Shown: positions 10,113-20,277, counted from the first letter of the stretch. The stretch is 64,000 nucleotides of DNA from an uncultured Fibrobacterota bacterium (GCA_963753345.1 CAVWBU010000019.1:103157-167156); one strand, 5' to 3'. Notes: generated by a model from the letters alone, not told the origin. Made by a program: numbers and translations.

Positions 10113-10118
10113 GCAACG

Positions 10119-10916
10119 TTACTCCTTGTGGCCCCCGAGGCCGCCGCAGATTTCAACAAGCGCATCCTTGAGGTGGCCATGAGTTCCGCCGAAAACAGGT
10201 TTACATTGCGTAAGGGCAATCTGGCCGCTCCAGAGCCGCAGCGCAAAAGCCATGCACATCCGTTCGCCGCATTCGCCGCAATTTATCTTCGGCAGGCGGT
10301 AGTAAATTTCCAGCGCAGGAGGGCGCCTGCGGAGTTTGTTGGATGGCGTGATGGCAGCCCTGTTCTGCCAGCACTCATTGAAGCGCACCCGCAGCATTTC
10401 AAGGACCCGCCACGTATCGACGATATCGTCGGTTTTTGCCATAGCCACGCGATGCGGATATAGTGCGAGCATCCGGTGACCGTCCATGAACGTGAACGTC
10501 TGGCTATGTTCATGGTAAAAAGCCTCACGCATCAGTGAGTTCATGTAGGGAAAAACAGGGGACAGATTGCCGGAAAAATGCGCTGTCGCCCGCAGTTTTG
10601 TCAGGTCTGCTGTGCAAGGCTGTAACACCATGATCGCCACGTTACCGAAAACATCATCGTCGAACAGGGGCGGATTGTTTTCCGGAACATCACAGGAAGA
10701 TTGACGACAGTCGACCCAACCAGAGGTAATAAACGCGCCCTGACCGCCGCCCAGGAGTTTGCCGCGGTCTTCTTCTTCAATAACAAGTGCGGGAAGGCCG
10801 ACGCGGGAAAATCCCTGACCCGGCATTATGATACTATGCTGCAGGGGCACTTTTTCCAGTACATGCCTTGCTTTTTCGAATTCCCCGGCAGAAGGGAATG
10901 TGGTCAAGATTTTCAT
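10119..10916 (-). CDS. (Fe-S)-binding protein with C-terminal CFeSP-type FeS domain
   Basis: LPKINCGECGERMCMAFA...QCKP. Confidence 0.8.
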   Translation of the reverse strand: MKILTTFPSAGEFEKARHVLEKVPLQHSIIMPGQGFSRVGLPALVIEEEDRGKLLGGGQGAFITSGWVDCRQSSCDVPENNPPLFDDDVFGNVAIMVLQPCTADLTKLRATAHFSGNLSPVFPYMNSLMREAFYHEHSQTFTFMDGHRMLALYPHRVAMAKTDDIVDTWRVLEMLRVRFNECWQNRAAITPSNKLRRRPPALEIYYRLPKINCGECGERMCMAFALRLWSGQIALTQCKPVFGGTHGHLKDALVEICGGLGGHKE

Positions 10917-10971
10917 TTCCAGCTACCTTGAATAAACATTTGTGATAGTGCCGATGGCCGTGGTTCCAAGA

Positions 10972-11089
10972 GAAACCCCCGCCTATGGCGGGGGAGCTGG
11001 ACGGCTACATAACGGCACAGGTGCCGTTTCTTTTTTCGCGGCCTATGGGCCGCTTCAAAAAGCCACCGCCTATGGCGGTGGTCGTTTAC
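10972..11089. mobile_element. short non-autonomous palindromic element resembling IS200/IS605-family ends
   Basis: Terminal hairpins CCCCCGCCTATGGCGGGGG and CCACCGCCTATGGCGGTGG plus two internal hairpins. Confidence 0.55.
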
Positions 11090-11164
11090 TCTTTTTCCTG
11101 CGCATTGCGGTCCATTTGTTGCCGTTTGGCCAAAGAGCCAATTAATGTAACAAGCAGAAGGACC

Positions 11165-11482
11165 TCATGTGAAAACCATCTGCGATTCTACTTTCTTCTT
11201 CAATACCTCATTGACACAGGTAAAGAAATTCAGAACGCATTTCATTTTCAAGGTGTAATAAATGCTTGTTCCGCGTTTTTCAAAACCGACAATTCCGGCG
11301 TTCTTCATGATTGAAAGATGCTTGGAAATCGTCGAAACGTCTGCCCCAACCATTTCCGTCAACTCGCACACGCATTGCTCTCCCTTAGCCAGTTCATGCA
11401 CGATAAAAAGCCGGGTTGGATGAGAAAGAGCCTTCATGATTTGCGCTTGCGCTTCGAATCTGACTAAATCGGTTTTATCCAT
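11165..11482 (-). CDS. arsR: ArsR/SmtB family repressor (second copy)
   Basis: KALSHPTRL, EQCVCEL, STISKHLSIMKNAGIV; GAAAGG RBS before MDKT. Confidence 0.9.
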   Translation of the reverse strand: MDKTDLVRFEAQAQIMKALSHPTRLFIVHELAKGEQCVCELTEMVGADVSTISKHLSIMKNAGIVGFEKRGTSIYYTLKMKCVLNFFTCVNEVLKKKVESQMVFT

Positions 11483-11531
11483 ATTTTTTCCTTTCACTGC
11501 AAATACGACAGAAAACTTCACTTATTGTGGC

Positions 11532-11568
11532 TATTTGGTAATATAGCCAAATACACGGAAGGAGTCAA
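11532..11568 (-). promoter_or_regulatory. sigma70 promoter with overlapping palindromic ArsR-type operator
   Basis: Minus strand TTGACT-N17-TATATT; TATTTGG-N8-CCAAATA at 11532-11553. Confidence 0.75.
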
Positions 11569-11758
11569 GGGAAAAAGGTTTCTTCGAAAAATGAAAGGGA
11601 CGATACAGCGTTGTGTGAAGCCTTGTGAACAAAAGACATGAAAAAACGTGGACGCAACCGTATTCCGCAGCGTATCTTAATCGTTTCACCACAGGATTAA
11701 GCCAATCGCATTGCCTCGCAGATGAAGAAAGCGCATCACGGAGAAGCATGGAAATTTC

Positions 11759-12328
11759 ATGAATGAAAGAACCTATCACCGCGGCGTGGAAAGGCTTCGC
11801 GAGCCGGGGCGAATGGCGCTCCTGGAGCCCGACCGCGTGGTGCGACTCGCCTGCGAGAGCATGGAAATCCGCATGGTGCTCGATGTCGGCACGGGCACGG
11901 CAATCTTCGCCGAGGCCTTTGCGCGTGCCGGTCTTGCCGTGGCAGGTATTGACATAAGCGAAGAAATGCTTGCCGCAGCACGGCGGTTCGTCCCGGGCGG
12001 CGACTTCAGGCCCGGGAGCATGGAGAACATCCCGTTTCCAGACTCATCATTTGATGTCGTGTTTCTCGGGCATGTGCTGCACGAGGCCGACGACGTTGCA
12101 ACGGCATTGACCGAAGCGAAACGCGTCGCAAAGAAACGGGTTGCGGTCCTCGAATGGCCGTATGTGGCGGAAGAAATGGGTCCGCCGCTTGGCCACAGGC
12201 TCAAACCAGAAAATATAGCCGCCATTGCGGGGAAGGTCGGCTTTACAAGAATACAAATTCTTCAACTCAGCCACATGGTGCTGATCGTCATGGATGTCGG
12301 AGCGCATGCAGTGAAACGGCAGGAATAA
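11759..12328 (+). CDS. class I SAM-dependent methyltransferase
   Basis: VLDVGTGTA motif I, GIDISEEML, FDVVFLGHVLHE. Confidence 0.88.
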   Translation: MNERTYHRGVERLREPGRMALLEPDRVVRLACESMEIRMVLDVGTGTAIFAEAFARAGLAVAGIDISEEMLAAARRFVPGGDFRPGSMENIPFPDSSFDVVFLGHVLHEADDVATALTEAKRVAKKRVAVLEWPYVAEEMGPPLGHRLKPENIAAIAGKVGFTRIQILQLSHMVLIVMDVGAHAVKRQE

Positions 12329-12428
12329 TGTAATGGGTTCAATAGCTGCGGAAGACTGCATGACGCCGACGGCTCTTGTCAAGGCCGCCATTGCCATCAT
12401 TATTTACCAATAAACCGGAGTTTCCATC

Positions 12429-12809
12429 ATGCAAACCTCAGTAGTTCTTCTTGCCGCCATCGGTTGTCTTGCAGGACTCATTGCCGGACTCGTCGGCATC
12501 GGCGGCGCCATCATCATGATCCCGGCGCTCATGTTCATTGCCGGGTTTCCCCAACTCACCGCCACGGGCACGAGCCTTGCGGTCCTCATCATGCCGGTCG
12601 GGCTTGCCGCAGTGGTCCAGTATTACCGCGGCGGCAACGTTGACATAAGGGCGGCGGTCATCATTGCGGTGGCGTTCTTTTTCTGCGCATGGGCGGGATC
12701 TCTGCTTGCGAAAAGGATAAACCCCGTGGCGCTCAGGATGGGGTTCGGCGTCTTGATTGCGGCGGTGGGGGTGTACACCGTGTATACGGCGGTGAAAATG
12801 ATCAAGTGA
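12429..12809 (+). CDS. TauE/SafE family sulfite exporter (half-size)
   Basis: GLVGIGGAIIMIPAL...ATGTSLA. Confidence 0.82.
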   Translation: MQTSVVLLAAIGCLAGLIAGLVGIGGAIIMIPALMFIAGFPQLTATGTSLAVLIMPVGLAAVVQYYRGGNVDIRAAVIIAVAFFFCAWAGSLLAKRINPVALRMGFGVLIAAVGVYTVYTAVKMIK

Positions 12810-12816
12810 AGGAGTC

Positions 12817-14412
12817 CTATTTCAGCAGCGGCAGCTTTGCGGTGACTCGCTCCCCGTTGATTGTCGCCTTGACAAGGTAAACTCCGCCCGCTGCACCCGC
12901 AGTCTTCCAATCGGCATCAGTCGCATTCGCAAATGAAGCCACGCGCGATCCGTCCATCGCAAAAACGGCAATGTCACCGCGCAACGCCAGACGGATGCGC
13001 ACGCTGCCTGCCCGAAGGTTTGTGAGAACCTTATTGCAGGGGAGGCCGCTGTCCCGGCGGCATGCGCCGGCCTCACGGCCGAACCTGCACCGTATTCGTA
13101 TGCGCCCATGTCAATGCCCGCTCCAAAGGGCCGCGCATTTCCGTCGAAGTCCACTGCCGTTGCGCCGGCGGACGTGCCTGCGTCAATGGCCGGGCTTCCG
13201 GCCTTGAGATGAAAGTCGGCGACCGCGGGATCAACGGAAGGATTTACAAACAGCGGATCTGCTTCCTTGTCATGCGCTCCTGTCTTTCCTATAAGTGAAG
13301 CCACCGGGCTCCCGCTTGCGCTCCAGTAGAGATTGTAGTCAACCAATAGATTTGTGTTCGGACAACAGTCCTGCATCACATATCTGCCTGCCGGAGCATA
13401 CATGATGTTGTTGAGAATCCTGGTGTTCTTGCCCTGATTCGGGAAGATTTGTCCGCGGTTTATCTCCTTGCCGTCTGGTCATTCATGTAAGCCGTATTAT
13501 TGATCACATCAACATGATTCGTCTTGAATAAGCGTAATGCCGTCCCCGCCGTTGTTGAACACCACGTTGTTTTCAAGCAGCATCCGCCCCGTGTAGGCCG
13601 GAATATTGCCCGCGGTCCCGTCCTGGATGTCGATGATGATGCCTTCGCCGTCGGTGGGAACGACTGCCGCCTTGGATGGCGGGAATGCAATTCTTGTTTG
13701 AAAAACAGATGTTGCGGCAAACAAAGACTTTGTAGTCCGTGGTGTCGTTGTCGAAATTGTAATTCCAGCCGAGCGAGATCCCGCTGCAGTCATACGGGGA
13801 ATACCAGGCGTTGTTATACACGGTGTTCTCTTCGATGGTGATGTAATCGGTGGTCTGCGTCGAGATGCCGCCGCCGCCGCAGTCGTGCACACTGCACTTC
13901 CGTATGACAATGTGGTGCGGGTACGGCGACGTGCCGCTCTGGTACGACATGATGCCGTTGCCGGAGGTGAGGCAGTTGTCGCCGTCGGCCCTGTCCGCGT
14001 AGGCGGTCGCCGAATCCATGGCGGCGTTGTTGCCGATTATTTCGAGACCGCAGATTTCGATGTAGCTCGCCCCGGTTATGTAAATCCCGCCCCAGCCGTT
14101 GAATTGCAGTTTAGGATGATGGGTCGGATACGCCGTGTACACGATCCATGCGGATGGCAAGCCCGAACGGGTGATGTTGACCACGGTGCCGTTCCACCAG
14201 CTGTTGGTGTAGGTGCCGTTCATGATGAAGACGGTGTCTCCCGGATTGGTGGAATCCGCCGCCGCCTGGATGGTTGAAAACGGGTGCGCCGGGGTGCCGT
14301 CCATGTCGCCGCTTGCGGAGGCGGAAACGTAGCGGTTCGCGGCCTGCGGGGTGGAGAAAAGGCAGAGGGAGAGAATCGGAACGAGAAGGATTCGAGAGGT
14401 GCGATGTGCCAT
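12817..14412 (-). CDS. secreted parallel beta-helix protein with C-terminal sorting-like domain, several frameshifts
   Basis: Signal peptide; PFSTIQAAAD..NPGDTVFIMNGTY; DFHLKAGSPAIDAG...DMGAYEY; fragments in ORFs 13573-14430, 13509-13910, 13460-13720, 12822-13403, 12817-13002. Confidence 0.78.
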
Positions 14413-14463
14413 AAGTACCCCCTGGTTCATGAGTTCCGGGTGTTTCTTGACAAATGGGCGCGG

Positions 14464-14619
14464 CTAGTACCGGCGCCGGATGTAATTGACAATTGCAACG
14501 CTCGCCACGATATAGACCAGCATAATAATGATGCGGGATGTTCCGTGCGGCAAAAAGACGAGCAGCAGCACAAAGATGACAATTTGGATCGCCCATGCGG
14601 CTTTGGAGACGTTGGACAT
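14464..14619 (-). CDS. 51-aa two-TM small protein (not in the ORF track)
   Basis: GGAGGT RBS; MSNVSKAAWAIQIVIFVLLLVFLPHGTSRIIIMLVYIVASVAIVNYIRRRY. Confidence 0.65.
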   Translation of the reverse strand: MSNVSKAAWAIQIVIFVLLLVFLPHGTSRIIIMLVYIVASVAIVNYIRRRY

Positions 14620-14930
14620 GGTCACCTCCATTCATATATGGTATTGGCATACCAGGATGATGTCAAGGAAAATGCAGGTTGTCCCTGGGTAAGACTTCAT
14701 CTCATTAACTGTCCGGCGCCATCCGACCAAGGGTCGTGCCGGCCGCAACGCCACATTACGTTTTCTGGCAGAAAACGGTTTTTTCTCCTGCCTGTTGAAA
14801 AACCCGTTTGAATCCGTTATTATTATAGCAGACAAAGACACGGTCACGAGGGAGGCGGATGCGCGTGGCACCCTGCACAGCAGCCACTTCCCGCGAAAAT
14901 AGTATGTGAGGGCGGAAAGGGGGGCTGTTC

Positions 14931-15707
14931 ATGCGCATCGCTTTTCTGGTAGCAATAGGGTTGATTCCTTTCAATTTCGTGAAGATCATTCTCTATCGGA
15001 TAATCTTCCGATTTCCCATCGCCCGCCGGTGCAGGATTGGAATGAGCCTTATTCTGTGCGACAAGGTCTCGCTGGAGGAGGGTGTGAGCATCGGCAATTT
15101 CAACGTCATATCCAATACAAGGAATCTTGTCATGAAAACCGGCTCTTGTCTGGGTAGCGGGAACATCATCAAGAACCTCAACACGCTTACCATCGGGCAA
15201 GGCGCCAGGATAGGGAATAGGAACCATTTCAGCCGGGAGCCGATACTGTGTAGGTCCGGAAACTTCACCCTCGGCAGGAATTCGATGATAACGGCACGGC
15301 ATCTTTTCGATGTCACCGAGGACATCAGTATTGGAAGAGGAACCGTAATCGCGGGCAACGGCACGCAGTTCTGGACGCATGGTTTTGACATTTGCCGCAA
15401 CGGAATCGTGGCGCCAATCCGCATCAAAAACAACTGTTATTTCGGCTCATCCTGCCTTGTCAACCTCGGAGTCACCATGGAAAGCGACAACCAGATTGCG
15501 TTCGGGACGGTCGTATCGAAATCCATCACGACAAGGTTCGGTTTCTGGACCAGCAACCAGCTTGTCAGGAAGAAAGACTGCCTCAACGTAAGCGAAGAGA
15601 AGAATTATGTGATCGAGGCTTCTCCCACAACGATTCCAATGTACCATAAGTACTCAGAGGCGCTTTCCACGGAAGCTATGGCGGAGTTCAGCACCTGCCT
15701 CACCTGA
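14931..15707 (+). CDS. hexapeptide-repeat (left-handed beta-helix) acyltransferase
   Basis: Repeated [LIV]GxxxxI units, QFWTHG, PIRIKNNCYFGS. Confidence 0.8.
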   Translation: MRIAFLVAIGLIPFNFVKIILYRIIFRFPIARRCRIGMSLILCDKVSLEEGVSIGNFNVISNTRNLVMKTGSCLGSGNIIKNLNTLTIGQGARIGNRNHFSREPILCRSGNFTLGRNSMITARHLFDVTEDISIGRGTVIAGNGTQFWTHGFDICRNGIVAPIRIKNNCYFGSSCLVNLGVTMESDNQIAFGTVVSKSITTRFGFWTSNQLVRKKDCLNVSEEKNYVIEASPTTIPMYHKYSEALSTEAMAEFSTCLT

Positions 15708-15712
15708 TGGAA

Positions 15713-16144
15713 CTAGATCATATAGTTGACATCATGCGCCGCCGACCCGTCCAGGATGTCCTGCAGAGATATTTCCGACAGCGTTTTCACTTCTGCGTCA
15801 TATAGTTTTTTCCACACCTGCCGCGCCGGGCACCACGGTGTTTTTTCGCATACAGCACGGTTTTCCAGGCACTCGACCGGCGCAACAGACCCTTCGAGTG
15901 CGTTGACAATGTCAAGAACGGTGATCTTCGACGGGGAAAGCCGGAGCACGAACCCTCCTCCCGCGCCGCGGGTGGTGCTCACGAGTTTCTTTTCACGGAG
16001 CGAAGTGAGGATATTCTCAAGATAGGCTTTTGTGACATGCTGCGTCTTGGAAATGCCGCTTCGGGAGAGGGGCCCGGCGTTGAAATTCCGGGCCAGTTCA
16101 ATCATCGCGCGCAGACCATAGCGGCACCTTGTTGATATCTTCAT
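15713..16144 (-). CDS. Rrf2 family regulator (IscR/CymR-like)
   Basis: MKISTRCRYGLRAM, STTRGAGGGF, three C-terminal Cys. Confidence 0.9.
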   Translation of the reverse strand: MKISTRCRYGLRAMIELARNFNAGPLSRSGISKTQHVTKAYLENILTSLREKKLVSTTRGAGGGFVLRLSPSKITVLDIVNALEGSVAPVECLENRAVCEKTPWCPARQVWKKLYDAEVKTLSEISLQDILDGSAAHDVNYMI

Positions 16145-16173
16145 GGTATTCAGCCCTTCGGCCGCGCGTTGCC

Positions 16174-16437
16174 TCAGATGCCCGTGCCCTCGGCAAAAAA
16201 TTCCTCGATTTTTTTCAGGCTTTCTTCCTCATCGCCGCCCTCCGCAAAAACCTCGATCTCCGCTCCTTGGGCGGCCGCGAGCATAAGGATCTGCAGCACC
16301 GATCCGCCGTCGGCCGTCTGGCCGTCTTTTTTTAACGTGATCCTCGACGAAAGGGCCTTGGTGACCGCGGCGATGGCATAGGCCACGCGGGCGTGGAGCC
16401 CGTGGGTCTGGCGTACGATGAACTTTCCGGTGCGCAT
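16174..16437 (-). CDS. HPr family phosphocarrier protein
   Basis: GLHAR motif and ADGGSVLQILML regulatory Ser region. Confidence 0.8.
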   Translation of the reverse strand: MRTGKFIVRQTHGLHARVAYAIAAVTKALSSRITLKKDGQTADGGSVLQILMLAAAQGAEIEVFAEGGDEEESLKKIEEFFAEGTGI

Positions 16438-16466
16438 TGCGGGGACGACCTCCGTGGCGGCAAAAC

Positions 16467-17756
16467 CTAGACCAACGCCAGCGCTTCGTCAAGCGCGTCC
16501 GTCAAGTCATCGATATGTTCCAGCCCGATGGACAGGCGGATGAGGTCGGGCGTGAGCCCGCCCTCGAGCTGCTGCTGCGTGGACAATTGCGAGTGCGACG
16601 TGCTCGCCGGGTGAAGGATAAGGCTCTTGGCGTCGCCCACGTTCGCCAGGTGCGAAAACAGCCCGATGCCGTCGATCACCTTGACGGCCGCGTCGTATCC
16701 GCCCTTGATGCCGAACACCACCATGCCGCCGAAACCGTTGGCAAGATACCGGCTCGCAACGGCGTGCGCCGGGTCGTTGGGAAGCCCGGGATAGCGCACC
16801 CACGAGACCTTGGGATGCTTTGCGAGGTGCTTGGCAACGGCCAGGGCGTTCTCCGAGTGGCGGATCATGCGGACCGCCAGCGATTCGAGCCCCTGCAGAA
16901 AGATCCACGAATTGTCGGGCGAGATGCAGGCGCCCAGGTTGCGTAGCGGCACGGTTCTCACCCGTAAAGCGAACGCGATCGGCGCAAGCGGACCCGGAAG
17001 GTCGAGCGCCCAGCGCAGGCCGTGATAGTTCCCGTCGGGTTCGGTGAACAGCGGGTGCCGGCCCGCCTTCCAGTCGAATTTTCCGGAATCGGTGATGATG
17101 CCGCCGATGGCCGTGCCGTGGCCGCCTATCCACTTTGTCAACGAGTTTATAACGATGTCGGCGCCGTGCTCGATAGTGCACAGGAGAAACGGCGTGGTAA
17201 ACGTACCGTCCACGATAAGAGGCACGCCGCGGCGGTGCGCTGCGTCGGCGACGGCCTTGATGTCGGTAAAATCAAGCTTCGGGTTTCCAATCGTTTCTAC
17301 GAACACGGCACGGGTCTTGTCCGTTATCGCCTTTTCGAAATTCCGCGGGTCGTGCGGGTCCACAAAGCGGGTGGTTATGCCCAGTTTTGGCAGGATGGCG
17401 TCGAACTGCGTGTACGTTCCGCCGTACAGGTTGTTTGCCGAAACGATCTCGTCTCCCGCCTGCGCGAGCGTGATGATCGAATAGAAGACCGCCGACGATC
17501 CGGACGACACCGCGACTGAAGCCGCGCCTCCCTCAAGCTGCGACACGCGCTGCTCAAGAACGTCGGTGGTGGGATTGGTGAGCCGGGAATAAATGTTTCC
17601 CAATTCCTTGAGAGCGAATAGATTCGCCGCGTGCTGCGTGTTCTTGAACACATAGGAGCTGGTCCGGTACACGGGCACGGCCCGGGACTGAGTTGCGTCA
17701 ACGGTCTGGCCGGCATGAAGGGCCAACGTTTCGAAACGATAGGGTTTTTTGCTCAT
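16467..17756 (-). CDS. metY: O-acetylhomoserine/O-acetylserine sulfhydrylase
   Basis: GNIYSRLTNPT, SLTKWIGGHG, HLANVGDAKSL. Confidence 0.9.
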   Translation of the reverse strand: MSKKPYRFETLALHAGQTVDATQSRAVPVYRTSSYVFKNTQHAANLFALKELGNIYSRLTNPTTDVLEQRVSQLEGGAASVAVSSGSSAVFYSIITLAQAGDEIVSANNLYGGTYTQFDAILPKLGITTRFVDPHDPRNFEKAITDKTRAVFVETIGNPKLDFTDIKAVADAAHRRGVPLIVDGTFTTPFLLCTIEHGADIVINSLTKWIGGHGTAIGGIITDSGKFDWKAGRHPLFTEPDGNYHGLRWALDLPGPLAPIAFALRVRTVPLRNLGACISPDNSWIFLQGLESLAVRMIRHSENALAVAKHLAKHPKVSWVRYPGLPNDPAHAVASRYLANGFGGMVVFGIKGGYDAAVKVIDGIGLFSHLANVGDAKSLILHPASTSHSQLSTQQQLEGGLTPDLIRLSIGLEHIDDLTDALDEALALV

Positions 17757-17794
17757 TGTTTATTTCTCCGGTGAGATCAATGTTCTTATGTCAA

Positions 17795-18739
17795 TTAATG
17801 TGCCGGTGTTTCAGCCGGTTCGTCCCAAAGCCAGGTGCTCAGGTAGCGCTCGCCGGTGTCGGGAAGAACCGCCACGATCAGTTTCCCGGCATTTTCTTCC
17901 CGCTGCGCAACCTGCAGGGCGGCCCAGAGCGCCGCGCCCGATGAAATTCCCACAAATATACCTTCTTTTTGTGCAAGCATTCTTGCCGTGGCGCCGGCGT
18001 CCTCTTCCTTCACCTTGATTATTTCATCCACGGTTTTCCCGTTGTAAACGCCGGGCACGAACCCTGCTCCAATGCCCTGTATTTTGTGCGGTCCCGGTTT
18101 TCCGCCGGAAAGTACGGGTGATTTTTCCGGCTCAACGCCAACGATTTTCACGGATTCCTTGCGGCTCTTGAGGACTTCGCCCACGCCGGTAATGGTTCCT
18201 CCGGTTCCCACGCCGGCGACAAATATGTCCACGCCGCCGTCGGTGTCGTTCCATATTTCCTCCGCAGTCGTCTTCCTGTGGATTTCCGGGTTTGCGGGGT
18301 TGTTGAACTGCTGAGGCAGGAATGAATTCGGCGTCTTTGCCGTGAGTTCCTCGGCTTTTTCCACGGCTCCCCTCATCCCTTTGGCTCCTTCGGTAAGCAC
18401 CAGTTCTGCTCCCAGCGACGTGAGAATTTTCCTGCGTTCCACGCTCATGGTCTCGGGCATGGTGAGGATGAGCCTGTATCCGCGTGCGGCAGCGACAAAG
18501 GCAAGCGCGATGCCGGTGTTACCGCTTGTCGGCTCGATGATGACGCTGCCTTTCTTCAGGAGGCCTTTCTTTTCCGCGTCCTCGATCATGGCAAGTCCGA
18601 TCCGGTCCTTCACGCTCGACATCGGGTTGAAGGATTCAAGCTTGGCAACGATCCGCGCCTTGCCGTTTTGGTTGAGCTTGTTGATCTGAACCAGCGGCGT
18701 GTTACCGATGAGTCTGGTGATGTCTGCAGCGATTTTCAT
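17795..18739 (-). CDS. cysK: cysteine synthase A
   Basis: [30 protein letters not shown]. Confidence 0.96.
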   Translation of the reverse strand: MKIAADITRLIGNTPLVQINKLNQNGKARIVAKLESFNPMSSVKDRIGLAMIEDAEKKGLLKKGSVIIEPTSGNTGIALAFVAAARGYRLILTMPETMSVERRKILTSLGAELVLTEGAKGMRGAVEKAEELTAKTPNSFLPQQFNNPANPEIHRKTTAEEIWNDTDGGVDIFVAGVGTGGTITGVGEVLKSRKESVKIVGVEPEKSPVLSGGKPGPHKIQGIGAGFVPGVYNGKTVDEIIKVKEEDAGATARMLAQKEGIFVGISSGAALWAALQVAQREENAGKLIVAVLPDTGERYLSTWLWDEPAETPAH

Positions 18740-18793
18740 GAGACCTCCCTCCCGGAGTTATGTTCTGTTCACATCAATTGGTATTACGGAACA

Positions 18794-18850
18794 ATGTCAA
18801 CCATGTTTATAAACTATCATTAATATAACGAAAATTCGGATCCGTGTCAA
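18794..18850 (-). promoter_or_regulatory. cysK promoter and candidate Rrf2 operator
   Basis: Minus strand TTGACA-N17-TATATT (18850-18822); imperfect palindrome ATGTCAACCATGTTTATAAACTAT at 18794-18817. Confidence 0.6.
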
Positions 18851-18945
18851 CAGAAAAGGTTTGCATGTTCAATCGTGATTCTGAAAGCAACGTTTTTCGG
18901 GCCCAATCGTCGCATGTTGGGCAGGTCGGGTCGTTTTGCCTGCTG

Positions 18946-19878
18946 TTATTCTTTCAAGAATGTCACAATAAGTTCGTTGAATTCCTCGGTGGCCTCGAAC
19001 GGGGCCATGTGCCCGATGCCCTTGAGGACAACTACCTGAGCGGCAGGAATGGCCTCCTCGAACTCGCGGACCTGGCTTTTGCGAACCGTCTTGTCGTCGT
19101 CGCCCCAGATAAGCATGATGCGGGAGATGGCTTCCCCGGTCTTCCGGTAGTAGGGCCGGTAATCAAGTACCGCTGCGTTCCGGAAAAACGATATGAGTGA
19201 CCGCTGGAATCCCTTGATGGAGGCCTGCTCGATAAACAGGTCTGCGTAATGGTCGGGCATTCCCCGCGCAAGGAGCGTGCGGCGGATATCGCCTTCAATC
19301 TGTTTTTTAAGCTGTCTTCTCACAAACGTGGCGCCGACCGATGATTTTGTCAACAGCTTGGCAACGTCGCCGAGCGGGTCGACCACGGGCGCTGCAAAGA
19401 TCATCCGGTCGACACGGTCCGGATGCCGGGAGGCATACGCGGCGATAATTGCGCAGCCGAACGAGATTCCCACCAGCGATACGGGTTTTCGTATTCCGAG
19501 AGTGTCAAGCAGACGGCCAAGCTGGTCGCAATACAAGTCGATCCCGTAATCCGCGACAGGCCTGTCGGAGTAACCGCGGCCGAAATGATCATACCGCAGC
19601 ACCCGGAAGCCCGCGTCGGCAAGGACCGTTACCTGCCTGTCCCATGTCCACTGCGGCAGGGTGGAGCCGTGGACGAGCACCACGGTTCGCCCTGTGTCAG
19701 GCCCCAGAAGCTCGTAGTGGGTCATTCCCATGGGGAGTGCGGCATAGCTGCCGCCGGCCTGCGTTCTCAGATGGTCGTCGAGATCGTTCACTTCCCACGG
19801 CGGGAAATCGCCGGTGGACTTGCATGCTACTGAAAGACAGGCAAGGGCCGCAAGCAAAACGAGGAAGGAATTTCTCAT
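18946..19878 (-). CDS. alpha/beta hydrolase (probable lipoprotein)
   Basis: VLVHG, DHFGRGYSD, GISFG nucleophile elbow, GIGH. Confidence 0.88.
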   Translation of the reverse strand: MRNSFLVLLAALACLSVACKSTGDFPPWEVNDLDDHLRTQAGGSYAALPMGMTHYELLGPDTGRTVVLVHGSTLPQWTWDRQVTVLADAGFRVLRYDHFGRGYSDRPVADYGIDLYCDQLGRLLDTLGIRKPVSLVGISFGCAIIAAYASRHPDRVDRMIFAAPVVDPLGDVAKLLTKSSVGATFVRRQLKKQIEGDIRRTLLARGMPDHYADLFIEQASIKGFQRSLISFFRNAAVLDYRPYYRKTGEAISRIMLIWGDDDKTVRKSQVREFEEAIPAAQVVVLKGIGHMAPFEATEEFNELIVTFLKE

Positions 19879-19965
19879 GCAACACAATATGGATGATGCC
19901 GCAATGGTGCTTATCATTCCTGTGCAATTCTTTTCCCCTGCGACATTCTCTCTCGGCAAGAGGCC

Positions 19966-20277
19966 TCAGACAAACTCGCTCAGCACCTGCTTGAGCTGCA
20001 CAAGCGGCATGGCGCCGGCAATGCGGTGTGCTTCCGACCCTTTCAAAAAGAGAATGAGCGTGGGAATCGCGGTGATGTTGAACTGCTGGGCGAGAAGCGG
20101 TTTCCGCTCCGTATCGATCTTTATCACGGTTACTCTATCTTTCCATTCCTTTGCCAGCTCCTGAAGGATGGGGGCCATCATCTTGCACGGGCCGCACCAT
20201 TCGGCCCAGAAATCCGCGAGAATCGGCTTGTCGTGCGTGCGGATGAATTCGTCGAGGCTTTGGGGCATAGTGTTCAT
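19966..20277 (-). CDS. trxA: thioredoxin
   Basis: DFWAEWCGPCK. Confidence 0.9.
   Translation of the reverse strand: MNTMPQSLDEFIRTHDKPILADFWAEWCGPCKMMAPILQELAKEWKDRVTVIKIDTERKPLLAQQFNITAIPTLILFLKGSEAHRIAGAMPLVQLKQVLSEFV

Noticed and set aside
11759-12328. Methyltransferase as ArsM
   Set aside because: Only 189 aa with a single Cys; lacks the conserved ArsM cysteines
18740-18850. SAM or T-box riboswitch before cysK
   Set aside because: Leader is short and lacks the conserved motifs; promoter plus operator explains it
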